This document shows, piece by piece, positions 29,445 through 39,058 of a DNA stretch of 54,795 nucleotides. Source of the DNA: Thermomicrobiales bacterium (GTDB taxonomy: Bacteria; Chloroflexota; Chloroflexia; Thermomicrobiales; UBA6265); assembly GCA_025928015.1 (NCBI GenBank), contig JAICKJ010000001.1:1-54795 (forward strand). Direction: 5' to 3'. The notes below the pieces were generated by a model. That model was not told the DNA's origin. It saw only the letters and a list, made by a program, of their open reading frames with translations, and ran no database searches. The position numbers were made by a program, and so were the translations under genes. How positions within the stretch are numbered: position 1 is the first letter of the stretch; each line of letters starts with the position of its first letter.

Positions 29445-30467
29445 CTACGGCACAGACACCACCAGCTCCGACAAATCCTTCACGCCCGGTGGCAATGGCG
29501 CCGGCGCATCATTCGCCGGCCGCTCGGCCGGGCGCGTGGGCGTGGGAGACGGCGGTGCGCTCCAGGGCCGCGGGCGTGGCGGCGCGGCCGTGACGTCGAT
29601 GCCTTGCGAGCGGAGCCCGATGGTGAAGGCGCCGCGGTCCCGCTGGTTGATGCCGGCGGCCGGCTGGTCGAAGACGAACGGCAGCTCCAGGCGGTCGCCG
29701 GCCAGATCTCGGATCGCGATCACGACGACCGGCGTCAGGTCCCGATCCGGCATCGCGGCGGTCAGCGCCGCCTCGATCTCCTCCAGCGCCAGGCGGTTGA
29801 TGCCGTGGCCGGTGGGCGTGCCCCAGTAGAGCGCTTTGGTCGTGAGCCAGGCGCGACAGGGGGCGCGGTCCTGCCCCAGCCAGCCGCCGACCGGGGCCGA
29901 CGCCTCGCCGTTCCAGACGATCGTCTCGCCCGCGTAGGCGCGGGCTTCCTCCCAGGTGAGCGCCAGCCGGAGCCGCTGCTCGGGATCGACCGGGGCGAGT
30001 CCCGGCACGCCGTGCCTGGCGAGCGCATTGATGAACTGCTCGATCTGGCGTTCGCGCCGCAGGGTCCGCGTCCGGCGGTGATGGATGCAGAGGATCATTG
30101 TCCGCTCCGTGCCGTCGAGGTAGTAGCGCAGGCGGACCGCCGGCTCGCCGGCGACGTGCGAGGGCACGAGCGACATCCCGCGCAGCGATGCCAGGGGCAG
30201 GGCGAAGCCGTCGCTGGCACCGTCGTTGGCGATGAGGTAGCGGTCGGAGATGCTGAGCCGCACCTTGCCGGAGCGGCCAGCCAGGTGCGCCGCGCCGGGG
30301 AAACCGCCGAAGAGCTCCGCCGTGAAGTGCGCCTGCTCCTGCCCGCGCAGCAGCGCCCATCGCATCGCCGCGGCCGCGTCGACGGTCAGCGCCGGCCGGT
30401 TGCCCTCGGGCACCAGCCACCACCGGCCCGTCGCGCCGTGTGTCTGTCGTGTCACACTCAAAGCCAT
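29445..30467 (-). CDS. Hypothetical protein, possibly with PH-like beta domains
   Basis: 340 aa after GGAGG RBS; native codon bias; Pro-rich tail. Confidence 0.65.
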   Translation of the reverse strand: MALSVTRQTHGATGRWWLVPEGNRPALTVDAAAAMRWALLRGQEQAHFTAELFGGFPGAAHLAGRSGKVRLSISDRYLIANDGASDGFALPLASLRGMSLVPSHVAGEPAVRLRYYLDGTERTMILCIHHRRTRTLRRERQIEQFINALARHGVPGLAPVDPEQRLRLALTWEEARAYAGETIVWNGEASAPVGGWLGQDRAPCRAWLTTKALYWGTPTGHGINRLALEEIEAALTAAMPDRDLTPVVVIAIRDLAGDRLELPFVFDQPAAGINQRDRGAFTIGLRSQGIDVTAAPPRPRPWSAPPSPTPTRPAERPANDAPAPLPPGVKDLSELVVSVP

Positions 30468-30705
30468 TGCGTCCCTCCGATCGTGTTCCTCGCGCACGAA
30501 GCGCGCTTGTGCCGATCCGGCACGACGAGCTGCGTTGCTCGTCGTCAGCCAGGCGGAATCAGCCGCCATGGTAGCGCGATTAGAGTGTACGTACAACCCC
30601 TGAGCGCCGCGTTCTGTGTCGAACTGGCAACGATCCCGGTCCAGCGCATTCGATGCTATGCTCCTGGCAGGACAGGAATCCGGGTGATGGAACAGTCGTG
30701 GGAGG

Positions 30706-32061
30706 GTGAGGATGCACCGGCGGATGCTCGGGTTGGTCGCGCTCATGCTGGTGATCGGGTGCTTCCCACTCTCCCTCGCGCCCATCCGAGCCGCGCCGCC
30801 AACCGGGACGCCAGTCGCCGGTCAGACCGCGACGACGCCGCTCGGACCGCTCGCCACACCGGACGCGCAACCCGGCGTCCGGCTCCGCAAGGTTGTGGGT
30901 GGCCTGATCGACCCGGTCAATGTCCGCAGCCCGCGGGATGGCAGCGGGCGACTTTTCATCGTCGAGAAGATCGGCCGCATCCTCATCTGGAAGGACGGCA
31001 AGATCCTGCCCCAACCCTTCCTCGACATCACCGGCACGGTTACCTCGGCATACATCGAGCAGGGGCTCTTCGACATCGCCTTCCACCCCGATTTCGTCCA
31101 CAACGGGCTCGTCTACGTCTCGCTCACGCATTTCATCGCCAACGGGGCGCTGACGATCTTCGAGTACCACATCGATCCTGCTCATCCGGAAATCGCCGAT
31201 CCCGCCTCCCAGCGCGTGATCCTGGTCACCCCGCGCTCGGTCGTCTTCCACAACGGCGGCACGATCGCCTTCGGCCCCGATGGCTACCTCTACGTCGGTG
31301 TCGGCGACGGGGCGCCGCCCTATGATGTGATCCGGAACCGCTCCGAGGATTTGACGAGCTTCGACGGCAAGATCCTGCGGATCGACGTCAACCGACCGCG
31401 GAACTACCAGGGCGGCTTCGCCTATGGCGTGCCGAAGAACCCCTTCGGCGGCCCGGTCATCCGCAATGTCGCCTACCACGAGCTGCAAGCGGAGGGAAAG
31501 AGTCCCTGGCCGGAGATTTGGGCCTACGGATTGCGCAACCCCTGGCACTTCAGCTTCGACCCGAAGACCGGCGACCTTTGGATTCCGGATGTCGGGCAGG
31601 ACAAGATGGAGGAGCTGAACCTCCAGCCGGCCGGCAGCGCCGGTGGCCAGAACTACGGCTGGCGGACCTGGGAGGGGACGATCTGCCAGAACACGAATGG
31701 CTGCGCCCCGGGGTCCGTCGCGCCGATCGCCACCTTCCCGCATCAGGACGGTCTCTGCTCGATCACCGGGCTCGGCGTCTATCGCGGCACGGCGGCCTCG
31801 GCCTGGGACGGTGACTACTTCTACGGCGATTTTTGCACCGGCAACATCTGGCGGCTCACCCGCGCCGGCCAGGGCTGGACCTCGACCTGGGTCGCCAATG
31901 CCGGACCCGGGCTCTCGGGCAGCGGTTACGGCCCGGACGGCGAGCTCTACATCACCACCTGCACCTGCACCGCCGACAGCCACGCCGCCGACCTCGACGA
32001 TCCAGCGCTGAAGACCGGCACGGTCTGGAAGCTGGAGCCATTGACGGCCGCTGGCGGCTAA
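30706..32061 (+). CDS. Secreted PQQ-dependent sugar dehydrogenase (GSDH family)
   Basis: Signal peptide; HNGGTIAFGPDGYLY; GKILRID; WAYGLRNPW; NYGW. Confidence 0.92.
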   Translation: MRMHRRMLGLVALMLVIGCFPLSLAPIRAAPPTGTPVAGQTATTPLGPLATPDAQPGVRLRKVVGGLIDPVNVRSPRDGSGRLFIVEKIGRILIWKDGKILPQPFLDITGTVTSAYIEQGLFDIAFHPDFVHNGLVYVSLTHFIANGALTIFEYHIDPAHPEIADPASQRVILVTPRSVVFHNGGTIAFGPDGYLYVGVGDGAPPYDVIRNRSEDLTSFDGKILRIDVNRPRNYQGGFAYGVPKNPFGGPVIRNVAYHELQAEGKSPWPEIWAYGLRNPWHFSFDPKTGDLWIPDVGQDKMEELNLQPAGSAGGQNYGWRTWEGTICQNTNGCAPGSVAPIATFPHQDGLCSITGLGVYRGTAASAWDGDYFYGDFCTGNIWRLTRAGQGWTSTWVANAGPGLSGSGYGPDGELYITTCTCTADSHAADLDDPALKTGTVWKLEPLTAAGG

Positions 32062-32110
32062 CAGAGCATGCGCCGCAGGAACGATTCGCACCCGAAGGAG
32101 CACGAACGCG

Positions 32111-33289
32111 ATGAAAATCACCCGCGCCACCACCTACATCGTTGGTAACCCCTGGAAGAACTGGCTCTTCGTCCGGCTCGACACCGATCAGGACGGCCTC
32201 TACGGCGTCGGCGAGGGCACGATCAACGGCTTCGCCAGGACGGTCGAGGCGGCGGTGCATGAGCTGGCGCCACGCTACGAAGGCATCGACCCGTTCCAGA
32301 TCGAGACGATCCTGCAGCGCATGACGCGGGACATGTACACCGAGGGTGGCCAAATCCACATGAACGCCGTTGCCGCGATCGAGGTGGCCTGCTGGGACAT
32401 CATCGGCAAGGCGACCGGTCGCCCGATCTATGACCTGATCGGCGGCCGTTACCACGAGAGCCTGCCGACCTATGCGAACGGCTGGTACACGGGACCGCGC
32501 AGCCCCGAGGCGTTCGCGGAGCGGGCCGCGAAGGTCGTCGCCAGAGGCTACAAGGCGATGAAGTTCGACCCCTTCGGCGCGGCCTGGCGGACAATGGACC
32601 TCGAGAATCGCCATCTCTCGATCGCCATCATCCGCGCCGTGCGCGAGGAAGTCGGGCCGGACGTGCACCTCATGATCGAGGGGCACAGCCGGTTCAGCGT
32701 CGGCGAGGCGGTCTGGATAGGCGAGCGGATCGCCGAGTTCGAGCCGACCTGGTTCGAGGAGCCGACCGCGCATCAGATGGTCGCCAGCACCGCCGAGGTG
32801 GCGCGCAAGATCGCCGTGCCGGTCGCCACCGGCGAGAGCTATTCGAGCATCCACCAGCACGCCGAGATGCTGGCGACGAACGCCGTCCACATCCTCCAGC
32901 CGGAGCCGGGCGCGATGGGCGGCATCTGGCGCACCCGCCAGGTGGCGACGATGGCCGACGCTCACTACGCGGTCATCGCCCCGCACAACGCGCAGGGGCC
33001 GATCTCGACCGCGACCTGCGTCCAGATCGGTGCGGCCAGCCCGAACCTGCTCACGCAGGAGCTCTTCGACGAATTCAACGTCGATTGGGAGCGCGAGCTG
33101 GTCCAGCCGCATGCGGAGGTCATCGATGGCCGCCTCCAAATCCCGGACAAGCCCGGCCTCGGCGTCGAGCTGAACTGGCAAGAGATCGAGAAGCACCCCT
33201 ACCAGGTCTCGAATTTTCTCCCCCTCTTCTCCCCCGGCTGGGAGCGCCGCGAGGGCAACACCGCCGCGAAGGCGAACGCGAAGGCATAG
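32111..33289 (+). CDS. Mandelate racemase/enolase superfamily, galactonate dehydratase-like
   Basis: ACWDIIGKA; KAMKFDP; FEEP; TGE; PHNAQG; PGLGVE. Confidence 0.9.
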   Translation: MKITRATTYIVGNPWKNWLFVRLDTDQDGLYGVGEGTINGFARTVEAAVHELAPRYEGIDPFQIETILQRMTRDMYTEGGQIHMNAVAAIEVACWDIIGKATGRPIYDLIGGRYHESLPTYANGWYTGPRSPEAFAERAAKVVARGYKAMKFDPFGAAWRTMDLENRHLSIAIIRAVREEVGPDVHLMIEGHSRFSVGEAVWIGERIAEFEPTWFEEPTAHQMVASTAEVARKIAVPVATGESYSSIHQHAEMLATNAVHILQPEPGAMGGIWRTRQVATMADAHYAVIAPHNAQGPISTATCVQIGAASPNLLTQELFDEFNVDWERELVQPHAEVIDGRLQIPDKPGLGVELNWQEIEKHPYQVSNFLPLFSPGWERREGNTAAKANAKA

Positions 33290-33449
33290 CGCTGCGGGGA
33301 CCATGGCGCGGTAATTCTCGGTACGTTCTTGCGCTCTCCCTATACTGGGAGAGTGACGAAGGAAGTTTCGCCCCGAGGCGCGACGCCGAGGAGGCGCTCG
33401 ACAGCGTCGTGCGCGATTGCTTCGACCTCGAATTACTTGGGAGGAAGGC

Positions 33450-33677
33450 ATGGCCGTTCCCCATCGATCCGAAGAGATTCCTCCGAACCTCGCTCGCTTC
33501 CTTGAACGGGCCAAGCGTGAGACCGAGGAAGCACGCCGTCAAATAGACGGAGATCCACAGGAAGCTCTCTTCGAGATTATCCGCAAGAATTACGACTACG
33601 AGTCCTTCGAGCAGTACTTCAAAGAGCTGGAGGAGGGGGGGCCCGGTTGGCTCGACAACGATTGTGCCGATGAGTGA
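33450..33677 (+). CDS. Small acidic protein, putative antitoxin
   Basis: 75 aa; GGAGG RBS; overlaps the start of the downstream PIN gene. Confidence 0.6.
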   Translation: MAVPHRSEEIPPNLARFLERAKRETEEARRQIDGDPQEALFEIIRKNYDYESFEQYFKELEEGGPGWLDNDCADE

Positions 33678-34263
33678 GCTGGCAAGCAGACGCTTGCCAG
33701 AAGCCACTCTTCCCGATCGCATCGTGCTCGACGCGAACGTGATGATCGAATGCGTTGTCGGTGCCTTTCAGCCGTCGAGATCGAAGCAGGGCGACCAGGC
33801 GCTGGATTTGGTGCGAGCACTCGATGAAAGAGGGATAACCGCGATCGCTCCGCCGACGGCGTACAGCGAATTCATTCACACGATGATTCGGTTCCGGTAC
33901 GAACGTGAGCTGAGGGAGAGACGCGACGAAATCTCCACGCGTTATGGCACGCGGATCTCAAGTTGGACATCGCTCTACAAGCGAGATCGCTCGATCCTGC
34001 GCCATCACGTTCTGGAACTTGAACGAATGAGGGCCGCTCTTTCTGCCAATCGCATCAATGTGGTTTCACCGAACGAGCTCGCTCCCTTGGCAGTAGACCA
34101 GTAGTTCGACCAGGAACTCATCCGCATGATCGGGCGCTACGGCCTCGACACGAGCGACTGCCTCATCCTGATGGAGGCGGCGCGGCTCGGCGTACGGTCC
34201 GTCGTGACGATGGACCGCGACCTGCTCCGCGCCCAATCCGACTTCGATATCTACACCTGGTGA
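33670..34263 (+). pseudogene. PIN-domain toxin interrupted by an in-frame TAG at 34102-34104
   Basis: VLDANV...YSEF before the stop; in-frame YGLDTSDCLILMEAARLGVRSVVTMDRDL after it. Confidence 0.82.
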
Positions 34264-34440
34264 CGCCTACCGTCCCCACGGACCCGATCATCTCGTTCAC
34301 CGGCTGATCTGCGGTCCCTCCTCGTTCATCCGACTTCGATTGCGCTCCGTAAGAGCGGTGGATATGAGCGGTCCCGGGTCGCTCAGCCACTGGACGAACG
34401 GATTGCGTACCGACCTCGCGGACCACTCGGAGTCAAATTC

Positions 34441-35574
34441 ATGGAATCGAACACGAAGCCCTTTACCACCAGTCGCCGTGGCCTCCTGCGCGCGGGCGCC
34501 GCCCTCGGCGCGAGCGCGTTCGGCACCGGATTGCTGGGTGCCGGGCTCTCCTCCACCGCCGGCGCCCAGGGCATGTACAGCAACGCGGGCGCCCAAAGCA
34601 TCTCCACCAGGGCCGAAGCGCTCACCAAGCGCGACGCGGCCATCCTCCGCTTCCTCGCCGCCGCCGAGATCATCGAGACCGACCTCTGGCAGCAGTACAA
34701 CGAGCTCGCCGGCATCCAGGACGCCGATGTGCCCGGCGGCAGCGGCAACGCCGCCTACGGCAAGAAGATCGCCACGCTCGATTCGGACATGGCGCAGTAC
34801 ATCCACGACAACACCGAAGACGAGATGAGCCACTTCACCTTCCTCAACGCCTATCTGAAGGCGAAGGGCGCGGACCCGGTGAACCTGGACAAATACCGCA
34901 CGCTGAAGGGCAGCCAGGCGACTGGCGCTCAGAAGGACCTGCCGCGGCTCACCAATCTCATGCAGCTCAGCGTCGACACGAGCTGGTGGACACGGTACCG
35001 CAGTCGCACGGCGAACCCCGACCTCGGCGGCGCCTTCCCGCAGGCGATCCCGGCCCTGGTCAAGGGGCAGTTCCCGGCGATCCCTCGCAACGACGACGAT
35101 CTCAAGCCGGACAAGCACCTCCAGGCGATCGCCAACACGGCCGGCTTCCACTTCGCCTTCATTGAGCAAGGCGGCACCAGCCTCTACCCGTCGCTTGCCC
35201 AAGCCGTCAAGAGTCCGGAGGTGCTGCGCATCCTGCTCAGCATCGGGCCGACCGAGACGATGCACTTCCAGACCTGGCAGGACAAGGCGGGCAACTACAC
35301 GCCGTTGACCGATCCGACGAACGGCCTGGTCTTCCCAGACCTGAACTCGAAGCCGCTCGGCGGCGAGGATTTCCAGACCAATCTGATCATGCCGGAGCCG
35401 ACCGCCTTCCTGAGCCGTAAGTTCCCGGTAGTCTCGATCATCCGCGGCACCGAAGCGAAGGACGCGGCCATGGGCGCGCTCAAGGCGCTCGAGGACGACG
35501 GCCTCTTCGTCGGGCAGTCGCGCGAGTTCCTCACGGTGTTCCGCGACCTGGCCCGCGCGGCCGACGCGGCCTGA
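34441..35574 (+). CDS. Tat-exported ferritin-like domain protein
   Basis: SRRGLLRAG; AAEIIETD, DEMSH, IEQGG and ETMH diiron-type ligands. Confidence 0.82.
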   Translation: MESNTKPFTTSRRGLLRAGAALGASAFGTGLLGAGLSSTAGAQGMYSNAGAQSISTRAEALTKRDAAILRFLAAAEIIETDLWQQYNELAGIQDADVPGGSGNAAYGKKIATLDSDMAQYIHDNTEDEMSHFTFLNAYLKAKGADPVNLDKYRTLKGSQATGAQKDLPRLTNLMQLSVDTSWWTRYRSRTANPDLGGAFPQAIPALVKGQFPAIPRNDDDLKPDKHLQAIANTAGFHFAFIEQGGTSLYPSLAQAVKSPEVLRILLSIGPTETMHFQTWQDKAGNYTPLTDPTNGLVFPDLNSKPLGGEDFQTNLIMPEPTAFLSRKFPVVSIIRGTEAKDAAMGALKALEDDGLFVGQSREFLTVFRDLARAADAA

Positions 35575-35601
35575 GCGCTCCGGGCAACGGAATGACCATA
35601 G

Positions 35602-35642
35602 GCAAGATGGCCACGAGGGCATCTCCCTCGTGGCCATCTTGC
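35602..35642. terminator. Hairpin between convergent genes
   Basis: Perfect 18-bp stem GCAAGATGGCCACGAGGG with 5-nt loop. Confidence 0.7.
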
Positions 35643-35662
35643 GCTTCGCCTCCTCGTTCCGC

Positions 35663-36084
35663 TCATCCCCGCTCCTGAAGGCAGCGCTCCGCAACTTCGC
35701 GGCGCAGGACGCCGAGCGGCACGCCGTCGGTCCCTCCTCCATCACTTCCTCGGCCCGCCGGCTGGCGTCACCCTGCAGCGCGTCGCCGCGGACGCGACCG
35801 AGCACGACCTCCTTCTCGCTCACGACGATGCAGCCGTCCCGGTCCGTGCCCTTCACTCGCCGGCGAACGTCGCTGAGCGCGTCAGTGAGACGTCAGGCCG
35901 GCACGTCATGACGGGCGACGCTGCCGGCGGTTGGATCGTCGGCGTGGTCGCCCTCGGTCTGCAGGCCGAAGGCCATCCAGTTCGATTTCGCGCCGGCGTA
36001 GGCGCAGACCGTCGGAAAACCGAGCGATTCGAGACGCGACACGGCCCGACGGCTCATGTCTCATTGGAAGTCGTGGCAATAGAC
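35663..36084 (-). pseudogene. Remnant of a rhodanese-CBS (seleno)protein
   Basis: VYCHDFQ*DMSRRAVSRLESLGF...YAGAKSNWMAFGLQTEG...HDVPA*RL...CIVV...VLGRV...EEVMEEGP, then deletion/frameshift to DGVPLGVLRREVAER. Confidence 0.8.
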
Positions 36085-36264
36085 GATGCGTCGGTGGCCC
36101 TGGCCGATCAGGTAGCTCGTGGCGTCGCTCGTGCCCGTAGTGTTTTCCGAGACGACTCAGTCCATCTGCTCGTGGTCGACGTCGACGAGGAGCAACGGCG
36201 GCCGGTTTCCGGCGGTCAGGCGAGCGATCTCCTCAACCGTCTCCGGGCGGAAGGTGCCGACGAA
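36085..36264 (-). pseudogene. Internal fragment of a LacI-family effector-binding domain
   Basis: PLLLVD...MD*VVSENTTGTSDATSYLIGQGHRRI. Confidence 0.7.
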
Positions 36265-36365
36265 ATGCGAGCCCGGCACGGTTCAGACGATCTCGCGGTC
36301 GAGGTTGGCGGCGTCACGAGTCAAGTTAATTGAGCTCTCCTCTAAGATCTTTCAGCGAGTAATGA

Positions 36366-36393
36366 TTGACAGACAGCCGCTGGGGTGTATGAT
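36366..36393 (+). promoter_or_regulatory. Near-consensus sigma70 promoter
   Basis: TTGACA-N16-TATGAT upstream of CDS 36564. Confidence 0.55.
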
Positions 36394-36563
36394 CAAACTG
36401 TTTTCCGGGGATTCAATGCAACTCAAATCACGGACGTACTATGGGGCCGGTTCGCGCGATTACGAACTCTGCGGCGTCCATAAAATCCTGCTTAACCCAT
36501 CGAAACTTCAGCGCAGGTTCGTTTAGCCTCGATCCATTCCGATCTTTCGGCCCGGAGGTTCCC

Positions 36564-37415
36564 ATGACTGAACGTCGAATGACGGCATCCTTGGCCACCG
36601 TGAGACGCACGACGATCACTGCCGATGAGTCGCAGGAGGCGATTGATGTCTTCGATTCCATCATCACTGCACAGTTGAGTCGAGGATTGGCAGATTTCGA
36701 CAGCGACTTCGCGCGAGTCTCCGATATCACTTTCGGTCCGGACATTGAGGTTCGCGTCACCGCCGACGAGCTGCGCAGATACCGAGATTTCTGGGTTGAA
36801 CAGGAGCTCAAGCGTCCGCTCATACCGTTGACCATTTCCCTGTCGCCTGGCAACCGGCTGATGAGTCCTCCATATGATGTGGATTGGTCATCCGGGAGCG
36901 GAATCGGATTCTTGTCACGATATGATGGTGATCTCTATTCCGTAGGCAATGATGGGTTTTCTGGGGCTGGCGTTGGTATGTTCCTAGAAACATCAACACC
37001 TGTCGCCGTTGCCCTAACTCCCATAGGCACGCAGCGGTACAGTTGGTTCACCATGAGCGGTTTCACCAATACCTTCAGTCGCGGCGGTTTGGGCGTGCTC
37101 GTCTACCAGGTCGGAAACCCGACCCCGCTGGCTTTGCGCGAAGTGACACTATGGGATATTTCTGGAGGACGCGCCAGTTACTCGGGTGACACCGCATCGG
37201 GCTCGATTGCCGATGCGGCTAGTCCAGCCAGCGGTTTCGGTCCGATACCCTTGGCTCCGCTATTGTTCGATATGCAGCCGGGCATCAAGTATCTATTCTG
37301 GGTTTGGATTTGGCAATTCCTTCGGGAGCTTGGCAGCGGAGATTTCTTTGCCATCCAGGATGCCCATGTTTCCCTGATCGAATCGTCCGCCGGACCGCAG
37401 ACGATCATCCATTAA
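36564..37415 (+). CDS. Hypothetical protein of lower GC, beta-rich
   Basis: 283 aa after GGAGG RBS; atypical codon usage. Confidence 0.7.
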   Translation: MTERRMTASLATVRRTTITADESQEAIDVFDSIITAQLSRGLADFDSDFARVSDITFGPDIEVRVTADELRRYRDFWVEQELKRPLIPLTISLSPGNRLMSPPYDVDWSSGSGIGFLSRYDGDLYSVGNDGFSGAGVGMFLETSTPVAVALTPIGTQRYSWFTMSGFTNTFSRGGLGVLVYQVGNPTPLALREVTLWDISGGRASYSGDTASGSIADAASPASGFGPIPLAPLLFDMQPGIKYLFWVWIWQFLRELGSGDFFAIQDAHVSLIESSAGPQTIIH

Positions 37416-37623
37416 CCCAGACGAATCACAAACTGGCAGCGGGGCACCATGCTGGTATCGATCTGGTGTCGAGCCGAACGATTCCCGGAGATGTCACGCA
37501 AACCCGTTCAATCTGCTCTACCTCTGCTCGCCTTAACCGGATGTGCCTCGGGTTCAGCCATCTCGACGAGGCGTGGTGGCTCTCGAGGCCCGTCCCGAGT
37601 GACCTTCACTCCACTTTCGTAGT

Positions 37624-38613
37624 TTATTCGGATCTTTCCTGTCCCCGCAGGATCGCCGCGTAGCGGTCGAGGGCGATGTTGCGGCCGCTGATGACGAGGA
37701 CCGTCGCGCCAACGCCTTGCGTCACCCTGCCCGCCAGCCAGGCGGCGACCGGCGCCGCCCCGGCGCCCTCGACGACCAGCCCCATCCGCTTCGCCAGCCA
37801 GCGGATCGCGTGCTTCAGCTCGGGCTCGCTCACGCTCGTCAGTGGCACGCCGTGCTTGCGCAGGAGCTCGACCGTGATCGACCCCGGCTCGATGTTGCCC
37901 GAGAGGCCATCCGCGATCGTCTCCCCGATCTCGGCGGTCACGGTGTGGCCGGCGTGGACCGAGGAGGAGAGCCCGGGCGACTGCTCCGCTTCCACCCCCA
38001 CCACCCGGATCGCCCGGTTCACGTCCGCTGCCCACCAGGCCAGTCCGGAGAGCAAGCCTCCGCCGCCGGCGCCAGCCACGACGGTCAGGCCGGCTACCGT
38101 CGGCAACTGAATCCGCAGCTCGCGGCCGATCGTCGCCTGCCCGGCGATGACGTGCGGATCGTTGTAGGGCGAGACGTAGACCATGCCGTGTTCGCCCATG
38201 CCGATGCCATGACCCTCCGCCTCGTCATAATTCGCGCCGTGCTGGATCAGCGTCACCGGCAAGCGAGAGAGCGCGTCCCACTTCGCGGAAGAAACCGTTT
38301 CCGCCACCACGATCGTCGCGGAGATCCCCAACCGTTGCGCCGCCCAGGCGACGCCGAGCGCGTGATTGCCGGCCGAGGCCGTGACCACCGGTTTGCCCGG
38401 CTGCTGCTCCTTCACGCTCGCCAGCGCCGCGAGCGCCCCCCGCACCTTGAACGACCCGGTCGGCTGCATCGTCTCCAGCTTCAGCCAGACGTTCTCGCCC
38501 AGCTCCGGCGCGGATACCAGGGGCGTCGACCGCAGGCAGCGGGCGACGATCGACGCGGCGTCGATGAAGTCGTTCTGGTTCGGGCGTCGGACCTCGCGTA
38601 CGGCATGTGTCAC
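37624..38613 (-). CDS. PLP-dependent threonine/serine dehydratase family
   Basis: LKLETMQPTGSFKVRG; SAGNHA; GGGGL; ISGRN. Confidence 0.92.
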   Translation of the reverse strand: MTHAVREVRRPNQNDFIDAASIVARCLRSTPLVSAPELGENVWLKLETMQPTGSFKVRGALAALASVKEQQPGKPVVTASAGNHALGVAWAAQRLGISATIVVAETVSSAKWDALSRLPVTLIQHGANYDEAEGHGIGMGEHGMVYVSPYNDPHVIAGQATIGRELRIQLPTVAGLTVVAGAGGGGLLSGLAWWAADVNRAIRVVGVEAEQSPGLSSSVHAGHTVTAEIGETIADGLSGNIEPGSITVELLRKHGVPLTSVSEPELKHAIRWLAKRMGLVVEGAGAAPVAAWLAGRVTQGVGATVLVISGRNIALDRYAAILRGQERSE

Positions 38614-38873
38614 CGGACATCCTCCCCATCCGCGTCCTCGCGGTCGTTCCGCGCCCGCAGCGGCGCGGCCGTCGCATCATGGTCCCCGCTCTCATCGCCC
38701 GAAGCCGGCGATGCGTCGCTCTCGGAATCATCATCGATGAACCGGTCCGGAAAGCGCAGCCAGCGGAGCGCCGTCCGCACCACGACGACGACCATGACCA
38801 GGCCGGCCGCGATCTTCACCACTCCTTCGAGAATCCCGAAGCTCGCCCCTTGCCGCAGGCTATCCCAATCCAT
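38610..38873 (-). CDS. Small membrane protein with acidic tail
   Basis: One TM; GTGA overlap with the dehydratase start. Confidence 0.55.
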   Translation of the reverse strand: MDWDSLRQGASFGILEGVVKIAAGLVMVVVVVRTALRWLRFPDRFIDDDSESDASPASGDESGDHDATAAPLRARNDREDADGEDVR

Positions 38874-39058
38874 GCTGGACCCGATCTCGCGTCCAGATCC
38901 GCATATTCATGCTGATCGCCGAATTCCTCATGTCACACTATCACGATTTGTGCGTCCATTGGGATTTGGCCGCCGGATGAACAGCGGTGCACAATGGGCA
39001 TGATGACGGCTCGATGGGTGAGAACGCTCGCTCACGATCCCGCTGAGGTCCATTCACC

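Noticed and set aside
34102..34104. Pyrrolysine codon in the PIN gene
   Set aside because: No pyl genes or methyltransferase context in the window; the position is not catalytic
34297..35856. 519-aa minus-strand ORF
   Set aside because: Only the first about 45 aa are the CBS remnant; the rest is antisense to the ferritin-like gene after a frameshift
35893..36285. Genome-wide UGA reassignment
   Set aside because: Many intact genes in the window (kdpE, kdpF, sucA, gatD) end at TGA at the expected position
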